Part shown: positions 48,831-62,300 of the stretch, piece by piece
How positions within the stretch are numbered: the first letter of the stretch is position 1
How the letters are laid out: every line of letters starts with the position of its first letter
Assembly: GCA_965655095.1 (NCBI GenBank)
Contig: OZ296648.1
Span: 163,556,001 to 163,620,000, forward strand
Source: Haplodiscus bocki
Lineage: Eukaryota
Direction of reading: 5' to 3'
Length of the DNA: 64,000 nucleotides
Translations under genes and position numbers: made by a program
Notes under the pieces: generated by a model
Databases searched by the model: none
Told to the model about the DNA's origin: nothing
The model's input: only the letters and a program-made list of their open reading frames with translations

Positions 48831-49150
48831 GGACTAGGTAAGTTTGAGCAAGGCTTTCTATCCAAAGATGTCCTTCAATCTCAAGGTTATGTCCTAACGG
48901 AATCTTCTATAAACTTTTTCCATAAATCAGCTTTACCGATTTCCTGAATACGAAACTTGAACGGAGGAGCTTTCTTCAATGGCTTTTTTTCTGCTCAGTG
49001 ATAGTCTTACAATTTTATACTTTTTCCATTGTATCTTGATTTCATTGGTTACATCTTCAGATAATTCTCCAAAAGTATTTACAAGTCATTGCTTAAAAGT
49101 TTTTACTATATTTTATGTTTGATTCAGTCCAAAGAGTCCTGGTTAGACCG
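48831..49150 (-). repeat. 5' LTR (apparently truncated)
   Basis: Direct repeat of 35149-35445, visibly diverged (about three quarters identical by eye); similarity is lost beyond ~49150. Confidence 0.8.
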
Positions 49151-52100
49151 ATCATGCTTTTGACTTCAATAAATTAAAAACCTCTTTTTCTAAAGAATTA
49201 CAAATTGATTCAAATGTAACGCTTTTACGTACGGTATTCAAAAACTCTTGATTAGCAACTGCGATAGTATTTCTAGAAGTATCAATCACAACTTCGGTTT
49301 TAGTTTCATGAACTTTTGGGAGCTGTGATCTCAACTGACAAATGAAAACGTGCTGCGGAGTTCCGTTTCACCTCTGGATGGTAACATGTTTTGGAAACCA
49401 ATCATAGTTTCCAAAAAATATGTCCTGTGGCTTTTTCAACCAAGTTTTTCTCGAACATAAAGGAAATTAAATGCACAAACGGTTCCCCTTGGTCTTTCCA
49501 TTGGCTTTCAAGCTAGGAGTGCCGGCAAATTAAGGCCGACACGCGTTTTTTGTGTTATTACGACTCGCACAATATGAGCATGAGCTCTGAGTTGAAGTTC
49601 TTTTATTGCTCGAGAAGCTACTCTTTGACGTAGGGGTTAATGACGATGCTCAAATGCGCTAAATTACTATGAGCATCTGAGTGGAAATCTCATATTGAGC
49701 AAGTTTATGTCACTCGATATTTTCTCGAAAGAAATTCCTAAATTCTCAACCGGCGAATTTGTTGTCTGCTTCGAGGATCTCTTTTGCATGTTCACCCCAA
49801 ACTAAAACTTTCTCACATTTATCGACAGTTGGCCGAGATTTAGATATGATACAAAGATTTTGTATGAGGTGTCAAATTGAGCTGATATTGCGGCTTTGAT
49901 ATAAGTTTCGGTATTTTTTTTCAAACTTGCTGCTTTCCTTGCCAGGTCCAATTTTTCGCTCAAAACCTGACGATAATAATACCAATGTACGCTGCTTGAA
50001 AAGTTTTGGGTTTTTAGTGACAAAATTTAGCTAAATACTGCTGTACCTTCAGCAACTTCTGCTCTCTTGACTGACGAATAATCTTTTTAGCCACGCAAAC
50101 AACAAAGATCGATACCAAAAGTTGACGTCAATATAAACAGAAGCATACGAAGTAGCAAGTACCGTACAGTGTGAAGAAAAAAGTTTGGTTTTCTGTGACT
50201 TAAATGGCTTTCATGACCTTTTAAAATGTATCCAAGAACGTGGTTTTATCAACTCTCACTTCTTTGACTTCCAATTCATTTTTAAAACAAGCTGGGCAAA
50301 CCAAAAAGTTACAAGCACAATGTTGGCTCTGTACATTCTAGCAAAATTGTGTTTTAATGAAGTATGCAATCGTTTCAATAACTTTAAATTTTTGTTTCAC
50401 TTTCGGCACATTTTTTTTCTTGTGATCGGTGGTGCTCCTTCGAGTTTTCTTAAAATTCGGAGGAATTCGATTAGACGGCTTTGTAAAGGTCCGCTTTGGC
50501 TGTTTAAGTTGGCTCCTTGTGATCCACACGCGGTTTTCGCATCGGTCAGAACTGGCTTATGCTACCAATTGCAGTGTTGTTCGTGTTATTTGCACTCTGG
50601 GACTTGGATCAACTGTTTCTGGATTCTCATCAGGTGATCGCTGGAATCATGGATACATTGTCATATTTTTCGCGAGAAATTTTGAATTTCACTCGTCCTT
50701 AAAAATTGGAAAAGTCAACTTTCTTTAATGAACACCCTTGATAAACTTACTGACATTCCTTGGATAATTCAGCAGTTGTCTCAGGTTTTTGGAAGTTTGA
50801 CCAAATTTTTCCTGGAAGTTTTTCTCCACAGTTTGTGTAAAATCCGTCCTAATAACGAGATCTCAGTAACTTTTTGTGTTACTTTTGCAAAGATGTCTTC
50901 GGCTTTTGTGTACCCTGCAGTGATGTTATATTGCAAATTCTCAAAAACTTGGATTATCAATGATGGTCATTTTTGACAAGCTTAGCTTTACTTCTCTTCA
51001 GCTTGCCAAATGCCAGTTGACACCAGTCGACCTGGTTTTCTTGCGTATTTTGTCAACTGGCTCAATGTTTTAGCGGGATGAATCTAATCAACGTCAGGTA
51101 ACATCTGTGCTAGTCGTCATTGAGAATAATCATGAGAGTTTGGGTACCATGACATTCCAGATTCAAGTCACAACTCAGCCGAATTTTTGGCACCTCATTT
51201 CCCCCTTTTTCTCATTTTGGACACTTTTTTTCACAAAAAGTCTTTTATATTGGGAGAACTGTTTCCTTCCTTGAGGAGAGTTTTAGCAATTTCTTTGCAG
51301 AATGAATTTTTCCATGTTTGTTCACTATTGTTTCCGAGATTTCATTCTGGATCAAAGAAGTTATGTTTTGTTTCAATTTTGGAACTCTGCCAATTTTTTG
51401 ACCTTCAAATTAAATTTGGTTCAGGCGCCCATTTTTTGGATCTTTCCCTATTTCGCCAAATTCTTTCAGCATAAACTAACAGAGCGATTACGACCAAAAA
51501 TATTTGCGATATGTCTTGACGAAATTGAAAATTTAGTGTACAAAATGGGTCGTGTTTACTTTCTTTTCGGCGACTTTCGCTCGTTTAGCTCACGACTAAT
51601 CTTTTCAACAATGCATGCTGCGTTAATGATTACAAAGCGTCATGTTTTGATCAGTTGTTTCAAATATTGTGATCTATCGAAAAATGTTGTTCTTAAAGTT
51701 CTATAGTAGGCCGAAATTTAACTAATTTCCTGACTTTGTTGGTTTTTCGGAAATTTCGACCTCAAGATGAACAGCAAAAGCGTATCCCATCTAATGAAAC
51801 AGAAAACCTAAGGGGAGTTGAAGACATTGGAGGACCTTGTGGAGTTTTCTAAGGCTTTTTGATTCACTTGAATGGGGTTTTTGATTTTTTGAAGTAGACA
51901 AGAATAAGTAACACCGAGTTCCTTCAAAAACTTTTACAGTTTTGTTTCTCTCAATCATCCTCTCGTTTGGCCAAGCTAAAATGATACAGAGGACCAAGTA
52001 GTGTTGAACACCGGAAGGTGTTTCAAAATTGCTCTTCTGGAATAATTTTGTTTTTCTTTAACGTAATTACGAAGTATCTGATTTTTCTTATTCTGCGAAA

Positions 52101-55100
52101 TTTCTAATGTTGCTGTCTAAAAGGGCTTTCCGGCTACGAGTTCATTGAAACCTGATGTTCATTGTCAGTTTCTTCAATACCCTAAATTAACTAAGGTTTT
52201 GATTTATTCATGATTTTGCTCATTGGCCTCCGTTATTTCTTTTCCGACTATGAACTGATTCAAACTGAAATGGAATTTTTGAATTTTTGGAAGTTTCATG
52301 GTTTCCAAAAAAAATCATGTCAAAGTTATTTTTTTGCTCCAAAGTCTGTCTAAAACTGCTATTCTTTGCAATTTCCGTAAATTTTTCTTTTGCTTCGCAC
52401 TTCAGCCTTTCGACTACACTTGCATCAAGTATGGATCAAACGCAAGTGCTACTGCTAAAATTTCTTCAAGCGCAATTACTGTATTTGCTCTCTGAGTCAT
52501 GGGAGAGCCTCCTTGCACCATAGGGCGTTCATGTCTGGTATGGTTTTCGATTGGAAAAACTCATATACAATAAAGTCAGTTTTCCAAGGAAAAAGTACCC
52601 TCTTCGACAGGTGAAAGAGACTTGGAAGCCTCTTGCCAAAATTTCAGAAGTAATGTTTCAACCAAATTGGCAATTGTCACTATTTTTTTTACTTCGGTAG
52701 AATTACGCTCGATGATCTGGGAAGCTTTCATGTTGTTTTGGACATGTTGTTTGGGACTTTTCCCCCGTATTTATAGTTAGTGCTGTTCCAAAACTTCGAA
52801 AACGTGGAGAAAATTAATTTGCTAGCTTTGAGAAGCTCTGCTCAGCTTCGTTGTTACAATTGTGCAAGCAAGTGTTACATCAGTTTTCTTTTCCGTTTTT
52901 CCGATGCGCTGACAGCTCCCATTTTTCCGCCATCCTCATTTCCTGAGATATGGCTCGTCTGCTGGTGTTTCGTGCAAAAGTTTGTTCAAAGTCTGGCCGT
53001 TTTGAAAGTAAATTTTCACGTTGGTTGTTTTCAAGCGATGGCGTTTTGAGTAAATTCAAACGAAAAAACTGCTTCATCTGTTTGCACTTGTTAGACTGGT
53101 GTATAGGTGTATGGGATTTAACTGAGTTACTACACTGGCATTTAGCAAGTCTGTTCGACATGGGACAAATTGTCATATTTCTACCCGACAAAATTAACTG
53201 CAAGTTGTATGCAATTCCGGCAGTAATGCTACAAAACCGAGTTTCTTCATGCCGCGCTTTCAATTGACGTTGCTGGTGCATCGCCCAGTGTTAATTTCAA
53301 CTACATTTCTCAATTTTTATAATAACAGAAACCCCAATATGTTTGTCATCGATTGCGTTGATTTTCATTGCAGTAACTTCTAGGCATCTAACTGAAAAAT
53401 CGATTGTCATCATTTACTTTCGTTTTTCGCTATAACTGTTTTTCATCACAAGTAAATGTACAGTTGCGTTACTTTTCGTTAATTTGAATTAGTTTTGAAG
53501 TACCTCGATTTTGTCATTGAACAACAGGAGAAGTCTATTTGAACCTATTAGCAATTTTTTGACTCAATGAAAAAGTCAGGGTTGCTTTCACAAGCATTGT
53601 TCGTTAAAGGTCTTTCCTCAGTAACTTTTGATCGGATTGTGTCAATCAAGCCCCGACGATACTACCTGCTGCGCAGTATTTCTGTAGAACATCTGAGTGC
53701 GCCTTTTCATTTTTTTTTTGCGAAAAATTTTGCCTTGGAATTGAGGAACGAAGATGTTTTACTTTGGTAGTTCGTCCAAATTGTTTTCTTTGAGGATTGA
53801 TCATTAGATTATCTCCATCGAACTCTTATTCAACTACATCTGGCCTTGAGTTTCTGTTGTGTAGCTCGTGGGACTGTTTTTAAATTTCGTTGCGAAAATC
53901 ATGACTTTAAGGAAAGTCAAAAAATCGCTTTCTTTCATCTCTGATTAAACTTTTTTCTTTCTTTAATGGTCTCATACTTCTTAAGCGAATTCTTTCACTC
54001 GATACTTCCAGCTTCTGTTGAATGGAAGCGATTGCAGTAGAAGCACCATGAGGTTCAGCGAAAGTCTAATTGCTTCGTGGTGGATAGTTTTAGGGAAAAA
54101 TTATGACACTGCAGCAGATATTTGAGATTTGGAGTCCGAGTTTTTTGGTAAGTTTGAAAATATTCTGGCTGTGATAATTGGTTTGGCAACTTTTTGCGAA
54201 ACTTAGCTTCACCCCTGTATTAATTTTCTGTGCAGTTGTTTAGTCAGTAGCGTTCGTTGTACAGTGACCACTTCCAAAATCAGTTATACTTGTACGTTTT
54301 CTTTTCATTAGTTTTCTTTAACGCAAGTGTTATGATGCACAGCTTCGTCTATGCGTTTATCATTGGATGAATTGAAACCCCGGGTAATTTACCATTGAAA
54401 CTGTTCGAGTGGAGTAAGGTCGCACAAAAACTTGGTTGAAAAAATTAAAGTTGCTACAGAAAAGTAATACAAAATGACTTCAGCTTCCGTGTGTTTGAAA
54501 GTTTTCAACTGACTAGAATTTGCAATTTCTGATGGATGTAGTTTAAAAAATTCTCTCAGAACAAAAAGAATAAAGAAACGTTTCATTGAACGAAACTTAC
54601 TTTTTGAGGATATGGGGCAAGAAATAACAAACACAGATGCAGTATGTGCGCGACAAGATTAACAGTGCAATAAAGACGAAAATACGAATATACTACTCCA
54701 AATGCTCTGTTCTTAGCAGAAGTACGGTTTTATGTCTTAATGACTACTTATGGAGTCACGCTTTCTCTCATAAAGCATGTATTATTGTTGCATACTTTCC
54801 AAATGCATTACAATCCATCCTCTATAACGTCCAGCCCGGAATAACCTCACGCTCATTAGAAGCGAAAAATTTATTTCTCATATTTATTCCTCTGACTGAA
54901 AGGAAGGATGTGTATTGAAACGGGTTTATTTCCAGCTTTTCCTTGTTATGTACGTTTGTATTTTGGCGTTATGAAAATTACTTTTCTATCCTTGGTCACA
55001 AAAAATTGAGCAACAACGTCCTCTAAATTGTTGTTTGCCATTAATATACATTGATTATAAAATTATGGCAGGGACTTTCTAGTTTTCGTTTTGTAAAATG

Positions 55101-55435
55101 CGCACAATTCCTAGAAAATGGTTTGTAAAATAGCGTAACAAAAAAGGCATGGTTTACAGATCAAATGCTTGGGTAGGAGACACCGTGACAGGCACTTTTC
55201 GGATTTCGACTTTTTCGAGCTATCTGTCGATCGGCAGGTGGTGCAGGGGGGTTGCAAAGTGTCAATTACGTCCCAATCATGGCTACAATAGTGTCGCTGA
55301 ATCTTTGATATTTATTAATATTTTTCGTCGAAAATTTTTTTTCGAAAGGAAAATATTCAATTCAGTAGTCGGCGTTTTTTCCTTTTTCTGAAATTGCCTA
55401 TGACGCGCAGAGTTCAAGTCTGCAGAGTTGGTGTC

Positions 55436-55510
55436 TTGTATAATACAAGTATCGGGTGTCACCGCGGTTTGGAAACCGGAGGTAGCGGGTTCAAATCCAG
55501 CTATCGACTT
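55436..55510 (+). repeat. Degenerate tRNA-like module
   Basis: ..GGTTTGGAAACCGGAGGTAGCGGGTTCAAATCCAGCTATCGAC includes a stem-loop and the B-box GGTTCAAATCC. Confidence 0.4.
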
Positions 55511-56199
55511 TATTTTTTTAACGTATTTTTAGATACTCGTTAACACGTTTCTATTTTCTAACAACAAAATTTAGGGTTTTCTTGGTAAAAAAATAGGGTT
55601 TGTTGGTACATGGGCCTCTTCTCTGAAAAAATACCCCTTTTCTGACGTCACTGAAACAAATGCTTCTTTCGCAAAAACGTTTCAAAACAAGTTGAGAAAA
55701 ATTTTCGACTTTCCTGAAAAAAAAACCGAAAAAAATTAAAAGTTAAAAATCTGTCAAAAAGTCTGCTAAAGTTTAATTATAAAATAATAACTGATTATAC
55801 GATTTTTTCCAGTTTCTACGTATTAGTTTTTTTATACCATAATTATCCAACGGCAAAAAATGCATATATTTTTTTGAAATATTCTCTGCTGCATCATATC
55901 GTTCTGTGATATCAACAATGAGACAAAGCAAAACAGACTGATTAGTTTTAATTTTCCTTGATTTTAAAACTCACTTTCCTGCAGAAAAACAAGTGTAGAT
56001 TTCTATTCAAGGCCCCAATCGGAAAGTTTCCAGTCGTGGTGAGCTGTTTCATTAGAGAAGTATCGAATTTGGTCTTCGCATCAGAAAACTGATAGTCAAA
56101 AAAAATATAAAAAATGCTATTTTGAATGATCTTCATCGATATATAAAAACTTCTTTTTCAAGAACTATAATATTTAATTGTTCCATCAAAGTCCCAATC

Positions 56200-57110
56200 A
56201 AAAGCTTGATTTTTGTAGGGGATGATTGAGTTGAAAAACCATTACTTGTGACCAATCATTATAATCCCGACAGCCGGAAAGGTAAGAAAAGTTTAATATT
56301 TTTGTTTTGTTTTGATAATCAAACTCTTATTTTTTAGTAACTACAGGTATGATTCCTCCAACCAAAATCTTCATCGAACAGTTTTTGTTTGTGGAGGACG
56401 ATTCAATAAAGAATTCTTTTGTTTTGATCTATGTAACGGATTCGAGACAGTCCAAATACTCCAAAAAAGGCTAATTAATTTGTTTTCGCTCGATATTCAA
56501 ACTTTTAATTCTGAGTCACAACTAGTTCGGTTTCCCCCATCAAAATCTCAATCGAAAACTCAGCATTTGTAAACGAACAATGAGCTAAAACATCATCGTT
56601 TTTCTTTCTTGTATCAGTATCCTGATAGCCCGAAACATCCACAGAAAACATTTCAATTTTAATTTTTCTCGATGATCAAACTCATCTTTCAGCAAAACCA
56701 CAGGCTTTATATCTGCGATCAATGTCGGCATCGAGAAAATTCCGTCTGTAGAGAAGGGTTTTGATGGGAGAATTGTCGATTTGTCTTCAATAAAGTCTTG
56801 AGGGTCCGAAATTTCCGGGAAGTGCTACTTCTTTTTCGTTCCGTTTTCAAACTTGTTTTCCTCAGCCACTAAAAGTTCAGATTCCTCCATCATGAACTCA
56901 ATTTAAAAATAACACTTTTCGATTAGTATTGAGGGAAAAAACTGTTGATTTTGTTTGTTGCAACAGAGTCCTGATAGTCCAAAATTTCCAAAAAAAACCT
57001 CTTTTCAGTAATTTTTCTCGACTTTCAAACACATCCTCCTTTGTCACCCATAACTACAGATTTGATTTCTTCTATAAAAAACTCAATGAAAATGGTTTTT
57101 GTTGTAAAAA
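56200..57110. repeat. Degenerate tandem array, ~5 units of ~175 bp
   Basis: The motif TCCTGA(T/C)AG(T/C)CC(G/A)AAA..TTTTCTCGA..TCAAAC.C..T..T.AG..AC.ACAG recurs near 56265, 56441, 56619, 56797 and 56969. Confidence 0.7.
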
Positions 57111-58849
57111 CGTTCCCAATAGCAATATCGTCAATTTTGTTCCCTGCATTGGATTATTGACCTTCCGATATCCAAGTACTGCTAAAATGATGTTTCATTC
57201 TGATATTGGGAGTCTTAATTCGCCGTAAGTAGAGGCTTCGTATCTTTCATCTTGGTCACTGCCGAGAGCTTGAAAAATGTGCAACTCTATTGACAAATCT
57301 AACTAATGATTTTTTCCTCATATCAGCATTTTGATATTCGGAAAAGTCCAACATATGCTATTACTTTTGATATATCTCGGCCTGCAAAGTTATCTTTGGC
57401 CGCAACTACAGGCTTCATATCTTCCAACAAGGTCGCAATCAAAGTTTAACCGCTTTTAAGGAATATTAAGTGTGATAACTATCCTTTCCGTTACTTGCAA
57501 TTGACTTCTCAGAGTCCAAAAAAGTCAAGAAATATTTTTCAAAATAGAGTCTTCTCGGTTTTGGAAGCCAGGTGTCCCCATAACTGCTTAGTTGATGTCT
57601 TCCTTCAAAGTCTCAATCTAATGCTTCCTACTTGAGTTTGAAAACTTGATTAGGAAATCGTTGAATCTGTATCCCTCTGTGGAGTTGTGATGGACCAGAG
57701 TTGCCAGAAAGTGCTTTTAGTTATGACACTTCTCGTTTTTGAAACTTATAATTCTTGAACTCTACCTATTTCATTTTTTCCATCAAAGTGTCAATCTCGA
57801 TAGTTTTTTACCTGAAGCGGACTGTTTTTTTCTAACAATCCGAAATTATGATCTCTACATCGGAATTGGAAACCTGTTAGGCCAAAACTGGCAAAAGTTC
57901 TTTTAGTTCAGACATATCTCGAAATTCCAGCTCGTCCTTCTCGAGAACGACAGCTATGATTTCTTGTATCAGGTTCTGAATGGACACTTTCATAGTACTA
58001 CGGGACTCTTGTACTGAAAAATCTCTGGTTTTTTTCTTTACATTGGCTTGAATTCTTCCAGCAAGATCTCCATCGACAATTTTTTTCTCAAAAATGCGTT
58101 GCTTTTTCGAAATCAAATAGTGTATGTTCAACCTATCATTTTTGTGCCGCCTTGACGGAAAACATTGCAGTGCGACTGCGCCTCTTGTTGATCCTTGATC
58201 TTAACTGGCAAGTCAATATGTTGAGAACTCAAAATCAACATGGAGCTGACAACACCCGGTAAAAATTAGCTCTTTGTTGCTGATCGAAATTTTAGAAACG
58301 AAAAACATAGAGGAAGCCTCAAATGAAGCAAATTAAAAACAAGCCAGGAATTGCCAGAGTCGGTGCTGTCCCTCAGGCGTAAAATACCTACAGGGGAGCC
58401 CTAGTTGTTTTGCAGTTTTTTTGTGTACCATAATTTTGTGTATCAAATAAAGTCACAATTTTCCGCCAAAATTGAAACAGAAATTTTGGGCAGATAATAG
58501 GGGGGCTTTGATCGATTAAAGTGTATCTTAGCCAAATTATCCTAACTTCAACAATGAAACGGTGACGTATAATCACTTTGTCAAGCTGGCGTATAATCAA
58601 TTTTGGCAGGTATTTAATTCGGAGAAAAGGCATGCTGACATAAAAGGCGGATATCGGAGTGGCGACTATCGATGGATAACTGGAGGTATCTCAAAATTTC
58701 ATTATTCGCTCGATTTTTTGTTTGCAACCGGGTAGCATTTTTGAGCTGATAAACGAGGGTGTAATATGCCGATAGGGGCCTCAGTTCGAGTGTCGCACTT
58801 TAAACAATGAAACATGAAAAATGCGACTTTGTCCACTTTGACGGATATT

Positions 58850-60450
58850 TACTTCCTACAGGAAGCATACCGGAAAAAGTGGCGGATAATCGAGGGATGC
58901 GTTGTAGAAGGGGAAGAGGGGAGTATCACGAATCACGTTTCGTCAGGCTTGTGTTTTCCGAAAGTTTGCAGGTTTATGCAAAAACGTTTGTATCGCAGAA
59001 TTTTTCCACTTTTGCTTTTTGCAAAAAGTTTCCACGCATATGCAAAGGGGATTCAAACCTTTTTGCGTGGTGTTGAAGATTTTCTTTACCTTCTCCTGGC
59101 GACCCAACGGGCGGAATTCGTCTCCCCCTCTACTAGTTTGGGCTGAAAACGCACTGAGATTCATTAACTGTAAACCGTATTTCTCCAGTACACCTTTAAA
59201 AAAAACCTTGGCGAATGATTTGAAAAAAATTGATGCGCAGTGTGGTTTATTGTAGAGCATTTGATTCGGCCAGTTATGAAGTTCGTGAGAAATTTGCCTA
59301 TCTCTTCACAACATTACACGGTCGACTTAGTTAATTGCTCTCTTAAAAAGCCTTCATACCGCGATTGGTTTTCGCCTGGAGTCCGGAACGTGATAGTCTT
59401 AGGAGTGGATTGTTTTTGCCGAACCCTGTAAGGCCTCGCAAATCTTGAAGTTGTTTCTTCTTTGAATTTGTTTCTCGCCAAGAAACTTGGCAAAACTGCA
59501 TATAGGTCTATCTTTATTCAGTGCGTGCTAAGTTTAATCAATGTACAGAAAATTCAAGAAAACTGGAAGTAATCAATTAAATCTCTTATGAAGTAAGAGC
59601 CCTATAAAAACTATGGTACATTGGAAAAACGTTCAACTCTTAACATGGCAGAACTTATCGATTAATCAAAAGTTATCTATTAACACAACCATCATTTCAA
59701 GACCAACAAGATCCAATAGTGCTGGTTTCGAGTCCACGGAAAAAATGAATGGTTCGTAATTGTGCGAACATGCTCTCCCCGAACACAGAAAAACCAAAAC
59801 TTGCCTCTTCATAAACCAAACAACCAAAGTCTTATTTAATTATCCATTTCAACGGTTGAGTAGCTCCTTTGACAAAAGCATCCCCTTAAAAACACTCTGT
59901 TGACTTGTTCTTTGGATATCTCGCAGCGTGACTTTTCCAAAAACTGAGAAGCTGATTCCAAAACCTAGTCACTCGATGCTCCTAGTTGCGGGCTTCTCTT
60001 CGCTCGACGAGTTAGTCATAGTCATAGCGACAAGTTATCAATCGGGTGTGTTTTGAAACCGCTTGTTAACAGAGTCCAGTAGATGAATTTTGGCGGCGTC
60101 ATTGAAGTGCCAAATGGTTGGGTTAAAATAAATTTGTTGCTGAGAGTATAATGCTCCTGCGTTAACTCAGGCAGATTACGGCTTTCATAAGAAAAAAAAT
60201 TGAGAGGCAATTTAAAATTTGACCTGTAATCAGTGAAATGAGCCCACCCTGAGGACTATGGAAAATTTTGATAATTTATCCCCAATAACTGCAGTTGAAA
60301 TTTTTCTTGTATACTTATGAAGCTTGGAAGTCCATAAATATTTGCTGTAGCAGAATTTGAAAGAATGAAGCGGAGACGTTGTTTCCTTGCCGACAAGAAT
60401 GCATTTTCGCCGGACTAATTAAGTGTACATTGTGGGAAGAGATTTTTGGA
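58850..60450 (-). mobile_element. Very decayed protein-primed DNA polymerase B relic (Maverick/Polinton-type)
   Basis: Minus-strand fragments fall in the expected order: SATANIY..EKISTAVIG; TQPFGTS..SGFKTHP; NRVFLRGCFC; RPICSFAKFLGEKQIQRR..SAKTIHS*DYHVPDSRRK (motif B-like, KxxxNSxYG); FFKSFAK; GETNSARWVA (motif C-like, DTDS); NVFA*TC/GKHKPDET. Each match is weak on its own. Confidence 0.45.
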
Positions 60451-61329
60451 CAGTAGTTCATTTAAAAAAAATATATTACTTACAAGCTTCAAGGATTCAA
60501 GGAAATTAACAAAGATGTGTCGCGGAACAACTATTGGCTGATTCATGATTTCACCCAAAAATACTTTTATACCATCCCTAGTTTAAAAATGGGGATTCAT
60601 TGTTATTTTCAGTCTGTTATACCTTTAGCTAAGTACTAAGAAAAAGGAAGTTCTATCTGTTAAATTTATATTAAATTCGATTTTTCGGAAGGGATAAAGT
60701 TAAGGCAAAACAAAAAGAGCAGTCGTGCTGCGATATTTTCCGTCAATGGGGTGCAAAAAATATTGATCGAACAGACACCAAATCACTTCCAAAAGGAACC
60801 CGTTATTCGTAAGAAAGTCTCGACGGTGACATTATCGGAAGAATTCAAACCTGTAGCTTTAGAGAATTATGAGTTTGAAAATCGACGAAACATGAGTATC
60901 AAATGGACACTTGTCCATTTTCGAAACACCAAATTTCCAATCGAAGGAACACAATCAGAGATTATTCCTCCTAAACTCCTAAAATTATATGACCGTCAGT
61001 TCAGACATTGATTGGAGAATTCAATTCTGTAGTTTTCGCGAAGGGCAAATTGGAATGTCAACATGTTTCAATACGAATGGCAATTTTGCCACTTTTAGTC
61101 AGTCAAGACACCAATTGCGACGTAGAATAGATTCTTCATGATAATTAGAAACGAATAGTACAAGTCCAGTGAAAAGCTATGGATTGACGTCTCGTTAAAA
61201 AATTGAAGCAAGTAGAGCTGGAGAAAAATAACCTTGGAAATTTTGGTATGTTAAAAACGAATCAATAGCATTTTCTGGCATTTTTAGTTCATCAGGACTC
61301 CACTGCTCGGGGAAAGTGTAATAGAAAAA

Positions 61330-62300
61330 TCCAACACTTTAACAAAGCTTTAGAATGAGACCTTGAAAGAAGAAATCTGTTTTCGAAAAACACGATTTCC
61401 AAAATCAAGTTGAGCCCTTATTCCAAACAAATCTGGCATTTTGGTAGTCACGATTCCAATGCAGGAACGGAATTGTTACCTTTTCAATCTAAAACTACTG
61501 TACATGTACAAACCTGTCGCATGAAGTTTTCTGAGGAGAGGCTAATCCTGTAGTTTTGGGGAACTGTGAGTTTGTATATAGACTTCCAATCATAATATTA
61601 GCAAATTGCAAAATGGAATTCTCGGAAAATCATGATTCCGATGCCATCAACAAAATCAATTTTCTGAGAAACGAAAACTTCATCAAAAACAAAAAAGGTT
61701 AGGATGAGACCTTGAAGCAAGAAATCAATTCACAAGTCATAGACAAATGTGAGTCGGTATAACGGAAATTTATAAAAACTAATAGCGGTTCTTGGGCATT
61801 TCCTAACCATCAAAGTTAAAACGCAAGGTGAAAAGTCAAACACTTTCCAGTTTCAAAGTTCCTCTACACCTAAGAAATTGTCGATTAAGAACTAAATGCC
61901 TGATGAGAGAAATCTAGCTTTTAGTTACAAAGAAATATGAGTCTGAACATCGAAGTAAGTCAAAATCAAAAGGTTTGTGAAAATTCGGACATTTGGGATT
62001 ACAATGCAGAGAATGGAATGAAAAATATTTCAGTTGAAAGCTCGTCTTCAAATCAGAAAACTTTGATTTAGTCTTTGAAAGACGAAATCATGCCCGTGAA
62101 TATCGAGAAGGAACTTTGAATATCGGAATCAATAGCTTTTAAAAGCACTTTTTTGAATTTCCGGAATACCATATTTCTGATGCAATGCCGAAAGAGAAAA
62201 ATTCTGCAACTGAATCCACATTGACTAGGAAGAAAACTTCAGTTGAGACCTTGGCGGCAGAAATCAAGCTTGTAGTTACGTCGAAAATTGAGTTTGAACA
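61330..62300 (+). repeat. Highly degenerate periodic repeat (~175/350 bp spacing)
   Basis: The motif GAGACCTTGAA(A/G)(G/C)AAGAAATC or a variant occurs at ~61358, ~61706, ~62070 and ~62245. Confidence 0.45.

Larger units (their letters stand above)
35149..49150 (-). mobile_element. Decayed ~14 kb Ty3/Gypsy LTR retrotransposon with env-like gene
   Basis: Direct terminal repeats and a PBS. Order on the minus strand is gag(CCHC)-PR-RT-RH-IN(GPY)-env-like ORF, with many stops and frameshifts. Confidence 0.88.

Noticed and set aside
49200-55400. Scattered 60-150 aa ORFs
   Set aside because: None could be assigned. Probably eroded repeat DNA; a frameshift-aware search is needed.
58943-59350. Retroviral-type integrase reading of this segment
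   Set aside because: SRGGDEF and RGMKAF looked integrase-like, but the ordered set of flanking fragments fits pPolB better.
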